This document shows positions 1 through 59,302 of a DNA stretch of 64,000 nucleotides, in pieces. The first letter of the stretch is position 1; each line of letters opens with the position of its first letter. The notes below the pieces were generated by a model. The model was not told the origin of the DNA. It was given only the letters and a program-made list of their open reading frames with translations, and ran no database searches. A program made the translations under genes and the position numbers. Source of the DNA: the human T2T-CHM13v2.0 reference genome, Homo sapiens; the NCBI RefSeq assembly GCF_009914755.1, contig NC_060932.1, one strand, 5' to 3'.

Positions 1-1795
1 GAATGATCTCTTCTGTAAGTCAGTGTGAATCATGTTAGATTTTCTGAGAGTGAAAACACCTGCCATCTACAAATTACAAGGCTGGATAACAGCTCACTCC
101 ATTTGAAATTCAGTGGAAACCCAAGAGCTAGGTTCTTACTGAATTTGCATCTCAATTTGGGAAACTGAACTTAGCTTTCAAAGATCATAGGAAGTCTGGT
201 TGGAGAAACTAGGGATTATTCTGGCAATGGGTGGAGGAAGGTGGTCAGAATAACCCAGTCGCCATTGGTTTTGAGAAACGGAACTATCTTATGCAGAGCC
301 CGGAGGGCAAGTCTCAGACCCATGGGTTGAAGCCATGGAGAAGGAAATTTGGATCCAATGTAATGAAGCTCTTTCTAAGTCAGAATTTCCCTGCAATGGT
401 GTGGCCTGATTCAATAAAAATTAAGAATAATAAATATAATGGAAAAAAATCTCCACTGATTGAGTGTTTACTTGGTGCCAAGCACTATGCTAAGTTGTTC
501 ATTATTTTATTTAATTGTTACAGCAATTTTGAGTATGCATCTTTCACTATTTTATAAGTGGAAAAGAGAAGTGCCCCCAAAAAGTTAGAGCTCAAACAGC
601 AGCTTATTCTACCAGCCCCTGCTCTTGCGGAGGCCTCTGGAAAAGACCTGAATGACACCTATTGGAGAATCACATCTACAAGGGGCTTCAAACAGACCAA
701 ATAGATCATCACCTCTGTGGTCCCTTGTTAACTATATGTTCTGAGACAAAGGAAAGCTACCCTAAGGGTTAGTTAACCTTTGCTGAGGAAATTTACATTC
801 ATACTTAGAGTGAATTACTCAGGTGTGCTTAGGTGTGCAAAAGGGAAGGAGACCTGAATTCACCAAGTTAAATCTTGCTAAACCTTATCATAAGCATTTT
901 TTGAGCGCTTAGCATACACCAAGCCTTGTGGAAGGTGCTTTCCTGCCATATCTCATTTAATCCTCACAGCAAACCTATAGAATATGGCATTATCATCTGA
1001 GTCTCACAGAAGTTTAGTCGTGTACTCAAGGTCTTACCAGCTAGTGAACAGCAGACCAAGACTGGAAACCCAGGATAGTCTGATACCTGAGCCATCTCTT
1101 CTTGTGCTACGCCTAGTTATTCTGTCCCCCAAATCAAAAGGCATGACCTTTATAAGAGGCGCTTTACTGACAATAGCTGCAATTTTAACTTTGAAAATGA
1201 TTCAGAATTATCAAAGATAGTAGATTCGAATGACATGATTGTCTATAATCTCGCTAGCCTTGTACTGTGTGTGCATAGCAATTACAGGGAAGTAATCTAG
1301 CTCCTGACTATTATGTTGAACTATGTCGCTGCTTTTTACAAACTTGTCTTGATCCAAAGCAGTCACAATGATAACCCTGCATATCTGGGAATCATAAGTC
1401 AACTATGTATCCCTGTGTGTGTATATATATGTATGTATGTATCTATTTTCAAACTGTGATTTAATATTTAAATATTCCTACTGCCATTTTTGTGACTGAA
1501 AAACTACACATGAGGAAACGTCTTAGAATTTTCCAATAGAGGAAAAATAACACTTGGGCAATCTGTCATGTTTCACAACAGTTCTCATTTTTCTCATGAT
1601 TTGTGTAGCGTGGAATGTGTTTGCTCAATGTGAAGGGTTTTCATTGCTCAATTTCTCTGTGTAAGTCTTTTCCTTAAGGTAATAAACCATCAGCAAAGTC
1701 ACATACTGGAGTTGGTGGCTTTTCTTGTACAGGCAGTTGTTATGAGACAATGATGGAGCATTGAGCATGTTCAATAAATGTGCAGATGGTGGAAA
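1..1795 (+). other. CCN4: Probable distal 3'UTR of CCN4 (WISP1)
   Basis: AT-rich, no credible ORF, + strand AATAAA at 413, 1681 and 1773. CCN4 is the known tail-to-tail neighbour of NDRG1 at 8q24. No CCN4 coding sequence is in the window, so identity is inferred. Confidence 0.65.
1773..1778 (+). terminator. Poly(A) signal AATAAA, candidate distal CCN4 signal
   Basis: ttcAATAAAtgtgcagatgg; a second AATAAA lies at 1681-1686. Confidence 0.55.
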
Positions 1796-3922
1796 CGAGG
1801 TCCCAGATACTTTATATACTGAAATTAAAATGGCTAAAAAAGTTTGGAAATGGGCTTAGAAACACAAATTTTAGAACTCAGAGAAGACAAGGGCTGCCAA
1901 TGTATCCAGGCTGGAAGACACCTCATGTAAATATAAAATGAAATTTTTGGCATTCATTCATTCACTTACTCACATATTCACTGTCTGTCTACATCCCCAG
2001 CGAGACTGAGTATCATGAGGTCAGGGACTGTAACTGCGTCCTCTGAGCCTAGCTCAGAAGCAGGCGCATGTCAAGAACTGAGTAAGCAAGGACTGGATGG
2101 ATGGACAGAGTATCTATTGCCAGCTGCCTCAGGAAACAAGAGGAGGAAAAAGAAGCCTAAGGGAGGGTACAGATGCAATGGAAACAATCCTGACTTTGGG
2201 CCTCAAGTGGATCTTGATATACCTTTTTCCTGACTAGGCCCATCTGAGCCTCAGTTTCTCCAGCTGTGAGATGTAGAAAATGATAGTACCTACCCCTCAG
2301 TGGGATGCGTATTGCATACAAAATTTTAAAATAGAACTTAGAATACTAAGCACTTAATAAACTTAGAACATTAAACACTTACTAAATACATCTACTATTA
2401 GCTGAGTTTCTTCATAAACTGGAGGTAATCAGCAAGGCAACAGTAAGAATTAATGTCAACGTGTGTGTTTGTATATTTACTTTACGTAGCCCTTATTTAA
2501 AATAGCAAATGTAAAGAAAACTATCTGTACTCAGTTATAGTGTCACTATCTATACTCAGTTGAATGCTCTTTTACCTCAACCATAGACTGCTTAGCCCCT
2601 TAAATTTTTGCTTTTTATGTTTTCATTTTATGCTGTAACTTGATTTGAAACCCAGCTTCTCTAAAGCAGGAAGGGTGTGTTACACTTTTCTGTGTCTCCC
2701 AAGCCCAACACAGCACACAGCATATGCTGAGCTGTATGAACAGATGTGCAGATGGCTGGGGCACATTAAGTGAATGCCTCTTTTGATACCTCTTGGCCAA
2801 ATCCCTCTCATCTACTTGCCCCCAGAACACATGATGAGAGTATAAAGAGTCAAGGGGAGGCTCCATTCCAATAAAAATATAATTGTCACACGAATTCTTT
2901 CTAGGAACACCTCTATCCTGAAGCATATTGGTTTCAAAATTGGAACTTAGATCGTGGAGTCCTGTGGGTGCCTCAGATTAAGATGAATGTATAGATGTTA
3001 GGGCAATGTTTTAGGACGTCAGGCGGCTGAATTGGGGGGGGAAATGGGATTTAGGGGAAACGGCCAGAGCATTTTATTATGAAGCATTTTATTTTCAAAA
3101 GCATATTGCAGAGATGCCAGTGTTCTCCATCACCCCTACTGACAAAATCGGAATTCAAAGGCATCCTCTGTATTCAGAGAGCCAATTTCTAGTTGAATCT
3201 GGGTTCTTTCTAAATGTAGGACTGAGCAAAAATGGCTTCTGAGGAGACAAACAAGCTGTCACAAAGCCCATGCACTGTTTCATATGTTTTATTCTGTAAC
3301 GAATGTCTCCAGATCTCCAGCCTAAACCTCACTGCTCTTGATTTTCGCACAACCCCAACCATGTAGATTTCTTAGTCCATTCCATAAAAAGGGAGAGGAA
3401 GCTGCCCGAAGCAGGCTTATTGATAGCAGAGGCCAGCCTGGCAGCAGAGGAGGAGGTGGAAAAATTAAAAACCAGATGAAAGATATAAAAGCAGGTCACC
3501 CAAGTCAGAGTGGGACTATCTAATAACAGAGGGACAAACACCCGCCGCAGTCAATAACAACCTTACGGGCATCCACAGTCTTAGTTAGTCCCAGGAACTT
3601 ACTGATGCTCCACAATCCCAAGACATCAATAGGTGGTGGCATGAGTCACGTGCTCAGTGAACTGCTTTAAAAGACAACAAGACAACAAGAGATTTAATCC
3701 ATTTTAGAAATGGCTGGGCAAGCGATTTAATCTCTCCGAGCCTGGGTTTTCTCATCTATGAAGCAAGGACAAGTCCTCACAAATAAATAATAAAAACGGG
3801 GAAGAATCTATACAGCACACTAAATATTATTAAAGGAAGTGTGCATCTGTTAATTTAACAAAAGTCTCCTGTTATGTGCCTTGCTCTATGCTGGCCCTGT
3901 CAATACAGAAGAAATCCCACCC

Positions 3923-4193
<271 letters not shown>

Positions 4194-5206
4194 TTACAAA
4201 TGCTAGATGTCCCATCTCTGCAGGGTGGCGCCTGCCTCGTGGGGCAGGCTGGGCATTCAGCAGACACTTCTCAAAGCAGGGATGAGAAAGGGCATGTTCT
4301 GCCACAGTGAGCTTGGCTGTCAATGGGCTCAATCATGCAACAGATACACTCAATTCACCACCACAACTACATCAATTACTCAGACACCTGCAGCATGTAT
4401 GTGGGGGGAAGGGGGCAGGAGTAACATGAGCCCAGTCACAGTTGATTAGACAGGGAGTGGCACCTGAGTAGAGCTGGACCGATGAGATTCTTCCCCTTAA
4501 GAGACAGAAACACCTGATTAGTTTGGGGTTCAAGAACCAAAAGGTCAGGTAGCCCTTGGGTTAGGGCCACCATTTTACGCTTCAGAGTTACACAAAAATC
4601 AGATCTTAGAAAGGAGGAGGCTAACTCCTCCCCAGTCCTGTCTCCCACCCCATAAGGCCAAGCCTCACCTTCTGCTCTTGGATTCCATGTGGGACGCTAG
4701 CGAAGGGTTTCCATGCAGCCTGTGAAGCCCAATATAAATACGTAAGCCGATGGATTTAGGCCAGATCTAGGGGTCAACCTAATGACTCTCTTAGGGAAAC
4801 TATGGAAAGGGCCAAGGACAGACCCTGCACATGCTAATCTCAGCACGCATTTGGCCTCCCAGATGCTGCTGAAACCCAAGAGTCAGGAGATTTGAAACCA
4901 AAACAAGCAGCTAGGAGACCAGAATCAGATCCCCAGCTGGCCAAACAGCCTTTGGGCATGTAGCTCTAAATAGCACTGATACATGTAAACACCTGCAACA
5001 GTTCCTTCCTCGAGGAAGCCAGACCACAGCAAGTCTCTGTGCCACACTGACTCCTCAAAGCTGGCACAGCCCCCCTGCTGTGATGCTTCCTCGCCAGTTC
5101 CTTCACCACCCGCTTTATCTTAGTTCCCGACTCACACAGGACACAAAGTAGGAAAGGCACTTCTTATGTTTGTTGAATAATCACAAGCCAACATGCTCCT
5201 CCCTCC

Positions 5207-5280
5207 CTCCTGACCTCGTGATCCACCTGCCTCGGCCTCCCAAAGTGCTGGGATTACAGGCGTGAGCCACCGCGCCCGGC
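5207..5280 (-). mobile_element. Alu 5' fragment, about 75 bp (AluY/Sc-like)
   Basis: ctcctgacctcgtgatccacctgcctcggcctcccaaagtgctgggattacaggcgtgagccaccgcgcccggc. Confidence 0.92.
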
Positions 5281-5470
5281 TGTATGGTTCTTACATGTAT
5301 GGATTGCGGTCTCATGTCTCCCTAAAATGTATACAACCAAACTGTGCCCCGATCACCTTGGGCACAGGTCGTCAGGACCTCCTGAGGCTGTCACAGGCGC
5401 CTGTCCTCAGCCTTGGCAAAATAAACTTTCTAAATTAACAGAGACCTGTCTCAAATTTTGGGGGTTCACA
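5281..5470 (+). mobile_element. ERV1 LTR 3' part (MER4A-like)
   Basis: tgtctccctaaaatgtata...caccttgggcaca...tcaggacctcctgaggctgt...ccttggcaaAATAAActttctaaattaac...ggggttcaCA terminus. Confidence 0.75.
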
Positions 5471-6380
<910 letters not shown>

Positions 6381-6500
6381 ACACTAAAATCTCTTTTTTT
6401 TAATGTAGAGTAGAAAACAAGCATTACAATGGTTGTCACTGGGCATGAGAAAAGGAATGATCTTTCCACATACATTTGTTTGTAATCCAAACAAAATGTA

Positions 6501-6820
6501 GCCTGGGTACGGTGACTCATGCCTGTAATCCCAGCACTCTGGGAGGCCTAGGTGGACGGATCACTTGAGGTCAGGAGTTCGAGACCAGCCTGGCCATGGC
6601 AAAAACCCCATCTCTACTAAAAATAAAAATAAAAATAAATTATCTGGGCATGGTGGCGCATGCCTGTAATCCCAGCTACTCAGCAGGCTAAGGCACGAGA
6701 ACTGCTTGAACCTGGGAGGCGGAGGTTGCAATTAGCGAAGATTGTGCCACTGCACTTGAGCCTGGGTGACAAAGTGAGACTACGTTTCAAAAAATAAAAA
6801 TAAATATTAAAAATAAAAAA
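6501..6820 (+). mobile_element. Full-length Alu (AluS-like)
   Basis: Both arms, A-rich linker and tail are visible. Confidence 0.95.
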
Positions 6821-6867
6821 GCTGTTTTCCTCGAATTATAGGTTGGAAAGTTTTTTATCCTCATCAT

Positions 6868-7130
6868 TGTGCTGCCCAAGCTACTGGGCAATTGAAATGC
6901 AGCTGGTCTGAATGCATTGCGAGTGTGAAACACACTAGAGTTCCTAGAATGAAAAAAGAATGCAAAATACCTGGTCAATAGTTTTTATAGAAGTGGTAAT
7001 ATTTTAGACGTCTTGAGATAAATGAAATGTATTATTAAAATTAATTTCATCTGTTTCTTTCCACTTTTGAAAATGTGGCCACTGGGAAATTAGAATTAAC
7101 ATATGAGCTGACTTAAATTTCTGCTGGACG
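6868..7130. mobile_element. hAT-Charlie DNA transposon relic (MER33-like)
   Basis: tattattaaaattaatttcatctgtttcttt...aatgtggccactgggaaatt...atttctgctggac resembles MER33. Confidence 0.65.
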
Positions 7131-7276
7131 TGATGCTCCGAGGAAAGAATTCCAGAGATGAGGGGCTGGGGTCCCCTAGGTGTCAAGGACGGGCAACCCC
7201 CCAGTGAAACAGCCATCCCTGCACTGCAATGTTTCACACACACAATCTCTCAGGGACAGAAAAAAGACACAAGCCG

Positions 7277-8980
7277 CTGCAAAGTTACAAATTTATTGGT
7301 CTGGAAATAAATACAAATATCTCATTAAGAAACTCCTCTGGAAAGACTTGTGCACAATAGTTTCCCATCCGTACTCAGCCTCTCTTGCCCCGATCCCCGA
7401 CTTTTCTACTCAAGGCCAGGGAAGGCCTCCAAGGTGATGGGCGGCAGGTAACGAGTCATTGCCTCTCACGCCACCTGGAAGGCTGGACTACTTCCTCCTC
7501 CCAACTGCGGGGTCCCAGAAATCCTCGGGTCCCAGTGGCTGACTTACAATATTCAATTCACTCTGACCAAACTTCCTATGAGAAAATCCACGGTGAGCCA
7601 AAATGAAAAGTACAAGGCAGTAGTACAGGAACCTGGCAGCCGCACTGGCCGCCCAGAAACGTCAGTGGTGCTGCCCCATTCGGCGAAAGGTTAGGGAGCA
7701 GGAAAAGAGGAAGCAGGAGAGGGAAGGAAAGTCCCATGGAATATGTATTCCAGAATCCTTACATTTTCTCAGCCACCGCTCCCCACGTGAGTTCCCACCC
7801 CCACCCCGACAAGAGCAAAGAGTTCTGAGGATCCAAGAACGTGACCGGGTCAGACAGGTTCAGCTACTGAGTTCACGTTCCAGCCCAGCTGTCGAAGATT
7901 GAAAACTGGATTTAAGCCAATCACACAAAATTCCTGGAACCAAGCTGGGATCCACAGAAATCACAACTGCACTGGATCTCAACACAACAACAAGGAATCC
8001 CTTACATCGAGTAACCCCAATTCCGCCCCCACCCCAGTGCTCCTACTCCGGCCCCTGCAAGGACACTCATCACAGCCAGGGCAGCTGTGGAATGTTGCCC
8101 TCCATTCTAAGGAATGCAAAACAAATCTAAATGATCTTCTCCCTGAACAAGAATAATCACTGGCTCATGTATCAGGGGTGGGAGGTTGGGGCTGTGGAGG
8201 AGAGGCAGAAAGCAGAACTAAAGCCTTCAAAAACCATGATGCCCAACGTTTGCTGAAATATTTTTGTCTGTAAAGCCAGGAGATTTTGTTGCCTGCTTTT
8301 GCTGCACATTAAGAGGATGCTAGAAAAATCAAGCTTGTTTGCTTCTGCATTCAAAGCTTTCTAGATGCACCAACTTTAAAAATCGGTTTCTTCAAGTTAA
8401 CTACGTAGATTTGTTGTTCCAAATGCCTCTAGCCTCGACATGAATCCCACCTTTTCCCCCTTCCTGTTTTGCCTGTTTAAAAGAGGTGCCTGCATGTCAC
8501 TATTACCCCCCTCCCCAAATGAGAAAAGGATTTTGTTTCCGGAAACTGGATCAGCTTCTCCTCAGTTAAAGAGGAAACGGGAAGTGGGCGGCTGGCCTTC
8601 TGACCAGGCACCCGTTTGAACCAGGATGCTCAGGGCGGCCTAGGCTTGGCTTTGTGAAGTGTGTGCTGCTACGCGTCTTGTTTTTGGCAGTTTGGTGTCT
8701 CTGAGGGAGGGGAGGAGAGTGGCAACCGGCCACTGGTTAATGGAAGAGGATGCGATGCGGAGATGCTTGCTTCCTTCCTTTGGTCCACCGCCACCCCGCC
8801 TTTGGAGAGGGCACCCACGTAATAGACCTCATTTGTCTCCACCAGAGCTCACTCTTACAAAATAAGCTTTGGATTAATACCGAGTTAGGCGCAGTATGGC
8901 AGGCAGGGGGCGAAAAGGGGCCGGGGAGGAGGGGGCCACTACAGAGATCAGAGTCCGGGGGCGGCAGCTGGGCAGGCCGC
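7277..8980 (-). other. NDRG1: NDRG1 3'UTR (exon 16), about 1.7 kb
   Basis: Lies between the stop codon (8981-8983) and the poly(A) signal; no recognisable interspersed repeats. Confidence 0.85.
7292..7297 (-). terminator. NDRG1: NDRG1 poly(A) signal AATAAA
   Basis: tttatt on +. The minus strand continues tttgtaactttgca (cleavage near 7277) and then a GU/U-rich downstream element, cttgtgtcttttttctgt...ttgtgtgtgtg. Confidence 0.88.
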
Positions 8981-54398
<45,418 letters not shown>

Positions 54399-57300
54399 GT
54401 CCCTGCTGTCACCTGCCTGCAAGGAGACAAAGGCCAAAAGGTCAACACTTCCTGCTGAGAGGTTTCCTAAAGGAAGCAAATCCAAGACCAATGGCAAGAA
54501 GGCCAGGCCTGCGCTCTGCCCAGCAGCTTCACCTCCCTCGTGATGCACTGCAGGGGATGAGGAGGTCCCTTGTACACACAGCCCATGGACCCAACCCAGT
54601 CTTCCCATTGGGGCCAGCGCAGTGGATTTCCTGGGAGAGGATACTGAGGCTCACAGACACCACCCTCCCAATGAAATGGATAGATCAGCCTCACAAACAG
54701 GTCCCCATACCAAGTTCAGGCCCACCCACCATACCCAGGATGCAGCTCACTGCATTCTAGAAGGGGACCTGCATTGCTGATCCCAAAGTCAGGCAGCCCC
54801 CGTGTGACAATGAAAGGGGAACACAAGCTCACACGATGCTTACCACGTATAGGCATAGTGCAAGCTTCAGCCTCACAGTTAGCCCTAACAGAAGGTTGGT
54901 GATGCAGACGCACAGACACACAGGCACACGCATGCGCGTGAACACACATACACACCCCACGGTGCAGGACTCTCGGCTGCCTGCTAAAAGGGAAGAGGGG
55001 CAGAGGAAAACCTTAAGTCAAGGAGTTTGGCAGGCATTTGAACGCACAGTACAATTTTGTAAGAAAAAAGACCTCCAAGGCAGAAAGCACTTCCTGGATC
55101 AAAGCAGGGGATGGACCAGAGGGGTTACCTGTGCTCTAACACAGGGCAGGTGCAGAAGTGTGGGCTGCAAAACCAGACTGAAGCACAGCCCAGGAAGACT
55201 TGGAATGCTGCCACTGACTCCCTGGGGTGCAAGGCTTGGGCAGGTGGTGCTATCTATTAAGCATGCCTCCAAGAGCTGAATCTAGAAACCAGAAGTATAA
55301 GCATGTATTCTTCTAGATCAGTAGTCAAGTTAGAAAAACTAAATGCCCATCAATCCCTGGGGTGAAGCATAAAAAATGCAGAATAAGGTCAAGTCTTACA
55401 GACAGCAGCAGAGGACCGGCGGAGAAGAAGTAAGTGACAAGAGGGAAGAGCCCAGGCCACCCACCCAGTTCACAGATCCAGACTTTCTGAATGGAAAACG
55501 CCTGACCAAAGCCCTCACACAGCCAGCTTCAGAGTGGGAACCTGGGCCCCGCACTGCCCAAGGCCCCTCGGATGCAATGGTCGAGAGAATGCAAGCCTCT
55601 GAAATTCCTGCCTAGGGCTCCTCTGAAGACCCAGGAACTCCCAAGAACCTGGTGAAACACCTCTTAGAGGTCAGCCGGCAAGTGCGGGCCACCCCGAATC
55701 CACCCCGGGTCCATCCCTTGTGCCAACACATGGCATTCCGTGGGCAGATCCTGCTCTCCACTGGGGTGCTCTGGTCTGGGGCCCCAGCATGATTTTCCCC
55801 AGTAGATAACCAGCCCCACAAGAATGGCTTTATACAGACTTTGGAGTCTATGCTCCAGAACATTCTGAAAACAAAGTCGGTTTTATATTTGTGAGCATTC
55901 CTGGGCAGCTGCCAGCTTGGAGGCAGGAGGCATGAAAGGCCCGCGTCTGTTAGCCTTGCTAATTCAGCAGGTTCGTGGTCCCAAGACCCTGGCCTGTGGG
56001 ACACCTCGCCTACATGGCCTAGGGAGCCTTCCAGAAACCCAGGGCCCTGCCAACGCCACCCCTCATTCTGGGAGTGAAAGGACTTCTCATTTCACAGGAG
56101 CTTCTTAGCATACCCTGCTCAGCAAAGCGCGCCAGGGTGAAGTCAGGGGGCTCTCACTGTCCCACCAGGTGGGTTCAAGCAGTCCTATCTGTGAGCTTCA
56201 TCAAGCAGGTAGCTTGTTCTTTTCTCTACCTCTAGCTCCCAGCACGAGAGACTCTCCTAGGCAGAAAGTCAGGCTGCAACTCCCTCTCTGAATAAATGAG
56301 CAATGTAGCTCAACAGCATGCTTTCAGTAAAATTCACTTTTAAATCATTGCTAAACCCCAAGAGTGCAATGTCTGGAAAACAAATTCTACATTTAAAAGG
56401 ACTCGAGAAATGCTGTGGTTCAGCCCAGTTTGGTCAGTTCTCTTTGGCTTCCAGAAACCGTGATCACATTAGGACATAGTGTCTGTCAGTCTCCACCAGC
56501 TCTCTCGTTCTCCAGAACAGAAAAGACAGAAATGTCCACCTTCCCCGTTTCCTCTATCTGGTGAAACCTCTTTACCCTACCCGGCACCTTTTTTATTCCT
56601 ACAGCTTAGCTTCCCAGACCACATGAGGCAATGGGTTAAAAAAATCGCTGTGTGTCCTAGAAATATCAAGTTCTTGAGCATCTGCTTTTGGGAGCTGGTG
56701 GGGCCTTCTCTGACCCAGCCCCCTCACTGCTAAAGGCCTTTGGGAAGTCCAGAGATAAAACTGCTGAGGATGATCACGGGGTATATCTAAACTAGGGGGG
56801 ATTTTCTCTCCCAGGGGACATTTGGCAATGTCTAGTGACATTATTTATTGTCCCCCAAATGATTCCATTGATTTTGAACCATTTAGGAAGTGTCCTAGAC
56901 TCTGAAGTCTGCCGGGAGACTGGATAAAGCTTTGCACTAGTCTGGGGGGACTGTGGGGGCTGCAGGCCTCGGGGTAGCCTGCATGTTGGTCGCGTCCTGC
57001 AATACTAAGGCCGCATGAACCAAGGACTGCAGAAGGTGCTCTCTGCAGGTTGACCCAGCCAGCTGCTGGCGGTCCACCATCTGGCCAGCCTGTAGGGTGG
57101 GAGGAGAGCGGCTCCCTCACCTCAGTTCTCCCGAGTTGGGCCCATCAAGCAGCCCTTACCTTGTCCCTGATGCCTCAACCAAAAAACTTTTCAAACTTTT
57201 TTTGCAGGAGCTTTTATCCAAAGGAAATCATGTAAGGAAGTTCAACATATAAAAATGTTAAAAAATAAAAATTTTAAAATTTAAAAAGCCAAGGTGCTTC

Positions 57301-57737
57301 GGCTCAAGCCAGGGAAAGGGGCCTGAACCCCACTCCACCCCAGGACTTGGCTCCCTACAATCTGCCCACTCCCAGCCCCCACGCCACCAGGCTGGCCCTC
57401 AAAGAACATCTGAGTTCACGGAAGCAGGATGGAAAACTCAGGATTTATTCAGAGGTTTCTACCCACTAGGTTCTATGTGCCCAACACAGAGCTCAGAACA
57501 AAAATAACACCAGCTATGGTGATGAGACTGGCTATGGGACTCATCTGGGGATCATGAGCAAACAGACCCAGTTCCTGCCCCCACGGAGCTCACAGTCCCG
57601 AGGGGACAGGCACTCCCTTGGGCTCACTCATCAGGCTGCATCTGGGCTGTGTCCACTGTCTGTCTGTCCCCCTGGAGGGCAGAGCAGATGCTGTCTGGAC
57701 AGCATCCAGGACAGCGTCTGTGCCTCCTGGACAGAGA

Positions 57738-57935
57738 TCCTCAGCTCAGCACTGCTGACATTTGGGCCCCACAAGCAGCCTCTGCCTTAGGGGCTGCCCT
57801 GAGCACGGGAGGAGGCTCAGCAGCATCCCTGGCCTCTGCCCACCACATGCCCACAGCATACACCCCACGCTGCGACCAGCAAAAGAATCTGCAAACGTTG
57901 CCAAATGTCCCCTGGTGCGACATCCACCCTCCTCT
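57738..57935. mobile_element. MER20-like hAT relic (an inverted fragment lies at about 56795-56850)
   Basis: gcactgctgacatttgggcc...agcagcatccctggcctctgcccac...ttgccaaatgtcccctgg. Confidence 0.75.
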
Positions 57936-58017
57936 GGAATAGCTGATTTTAGTAATTCCTAGTAGGTAACAGTATCCAGAAAATGTCAGTTGGATGCATT
58001 CTTATTTAATCTAGTGC

Positions 58018-58280
58018 ATGCGTGCACACACGCACACACACACACACACACTCTCAAATGCACTCACACATTCCCTCACACTGACACACTTGCAAACTTT
58101 CATTCTCACACTCAGACATTCTCACATTCACACACTTATACTCACACATACATACATTCTCACAAACACACTCATTCTCACATACTCACACTTTCTTACA
58201 CACTGATACATTCTCACTTTCATGGACTCTCACATCCACAGTCATTTATACTCACACGCACTCACACGCACACGTGCACT
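58018..58280 (+). repeat. CA/CACT-rich low-complexity tract including (CA)9
   Basis: cacacacacacacacacactctcaaatgcactcacacattccctcacacactg... Confidence 0.85.
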
Positions 58281-59169
58281 CCCCACCACCTTCATTCACG
58301 GAGGAGGGGGCTGGGCCCAAGCGGCTGCCAGCTGTCCTGAGCTCACCCTGCTGGCTGCAGCACAGGGGCTGGAGTGGAGTCAGATCCAATGTTCACACTC
58401 TTCCTTCACTCCACTCTCCCCAAAACACTTTTTCTGGGATTCAAAGTCACCACCTGAGAATCATGGAAGGACCCAGTTCTGGCAGAAGCTGCTGTCTTCT
58501 GGTGTCTGTGATCTCCTTCTGCCAGCAGGAAATGGCAGGTGATACGTGACCTGGTTTGGCGGCTCGAGCTGGTGCTTCCACTCCTGCTCCCTCCTCCCGG
58601 GCACCTGAGGCCCTCACGGCTTAGCAAGTGTGGCAGGTGGAGCCTGTCCCTGGGCTTGAGGTCCTTGCTGGACTCCAGCTCCTGCCCTCCCTCTGCCTCA
58701 TGCAAAGTCCTAATCACAGAATGTTGGGACCCACTAGAAAGCATCAAAGAGGTCCTCCAGCAGGTGGGGTGGCAAGGCAGGGCCACACACAGCATGGCGG
58801 GGGAACCAGGGCTGACTCCTAGCCCACCAGCCCCACCTTTGGAGTGGCTTGGGACTGACAAACCGTGTCTCCATCTCCAAGGCCATCTTTGCTCCCCAAG
58901 AAGCACAGAAGAAACCCCTCCAGCAGGTCTCCTTCAGCTAAAACCCAGCTTAGCACCAAAAACAGGGCTCCAGGTCACAGCACCAGCTGCCAGCCTGTAT
59001 CTTCACTTCTTTTCCCATCCACCTGCCTGGGAGGAATTCCGAGAAGACCAATGCCAGAGAAGCGAAAGGTAGCCAGGAGCTGGGGGAAGGCTTGCAGGCC
59101 ATGGTGTCACCATTTATTAGCTCTGTGATCCTGCATAATTTATCGAATCTCTTTTTAAAAATGTATTAT

Positions 59170-59302
59170 TCATCTTGTTTTTTAGAGAGACAGGGTCTTG
59201 CTATGTTGCCCAGACTGGTCTCAAACTCCTGGGTTCAAGTGATCCTCCTACTCCGGCCTCCTGAGTAGCTGAGATTACAGGCATATGCCACCATGCCTGG
59301 CT
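59170..59302 (-). mobile_element. Alu monomer (FLAM-like)
   Basis: gagacagggtcttgctatgttgcccagactggtctcaaactcctgggttcaagtgatcctcc...gccaccatgcctggct; single arm. Confidence 0.85.

Noticed and set aside
58406-59072. Opposed 166- and 177-aa ORFs in intron 1
   Set aside because: No recognisable domain; GC-rich chance ORFs.
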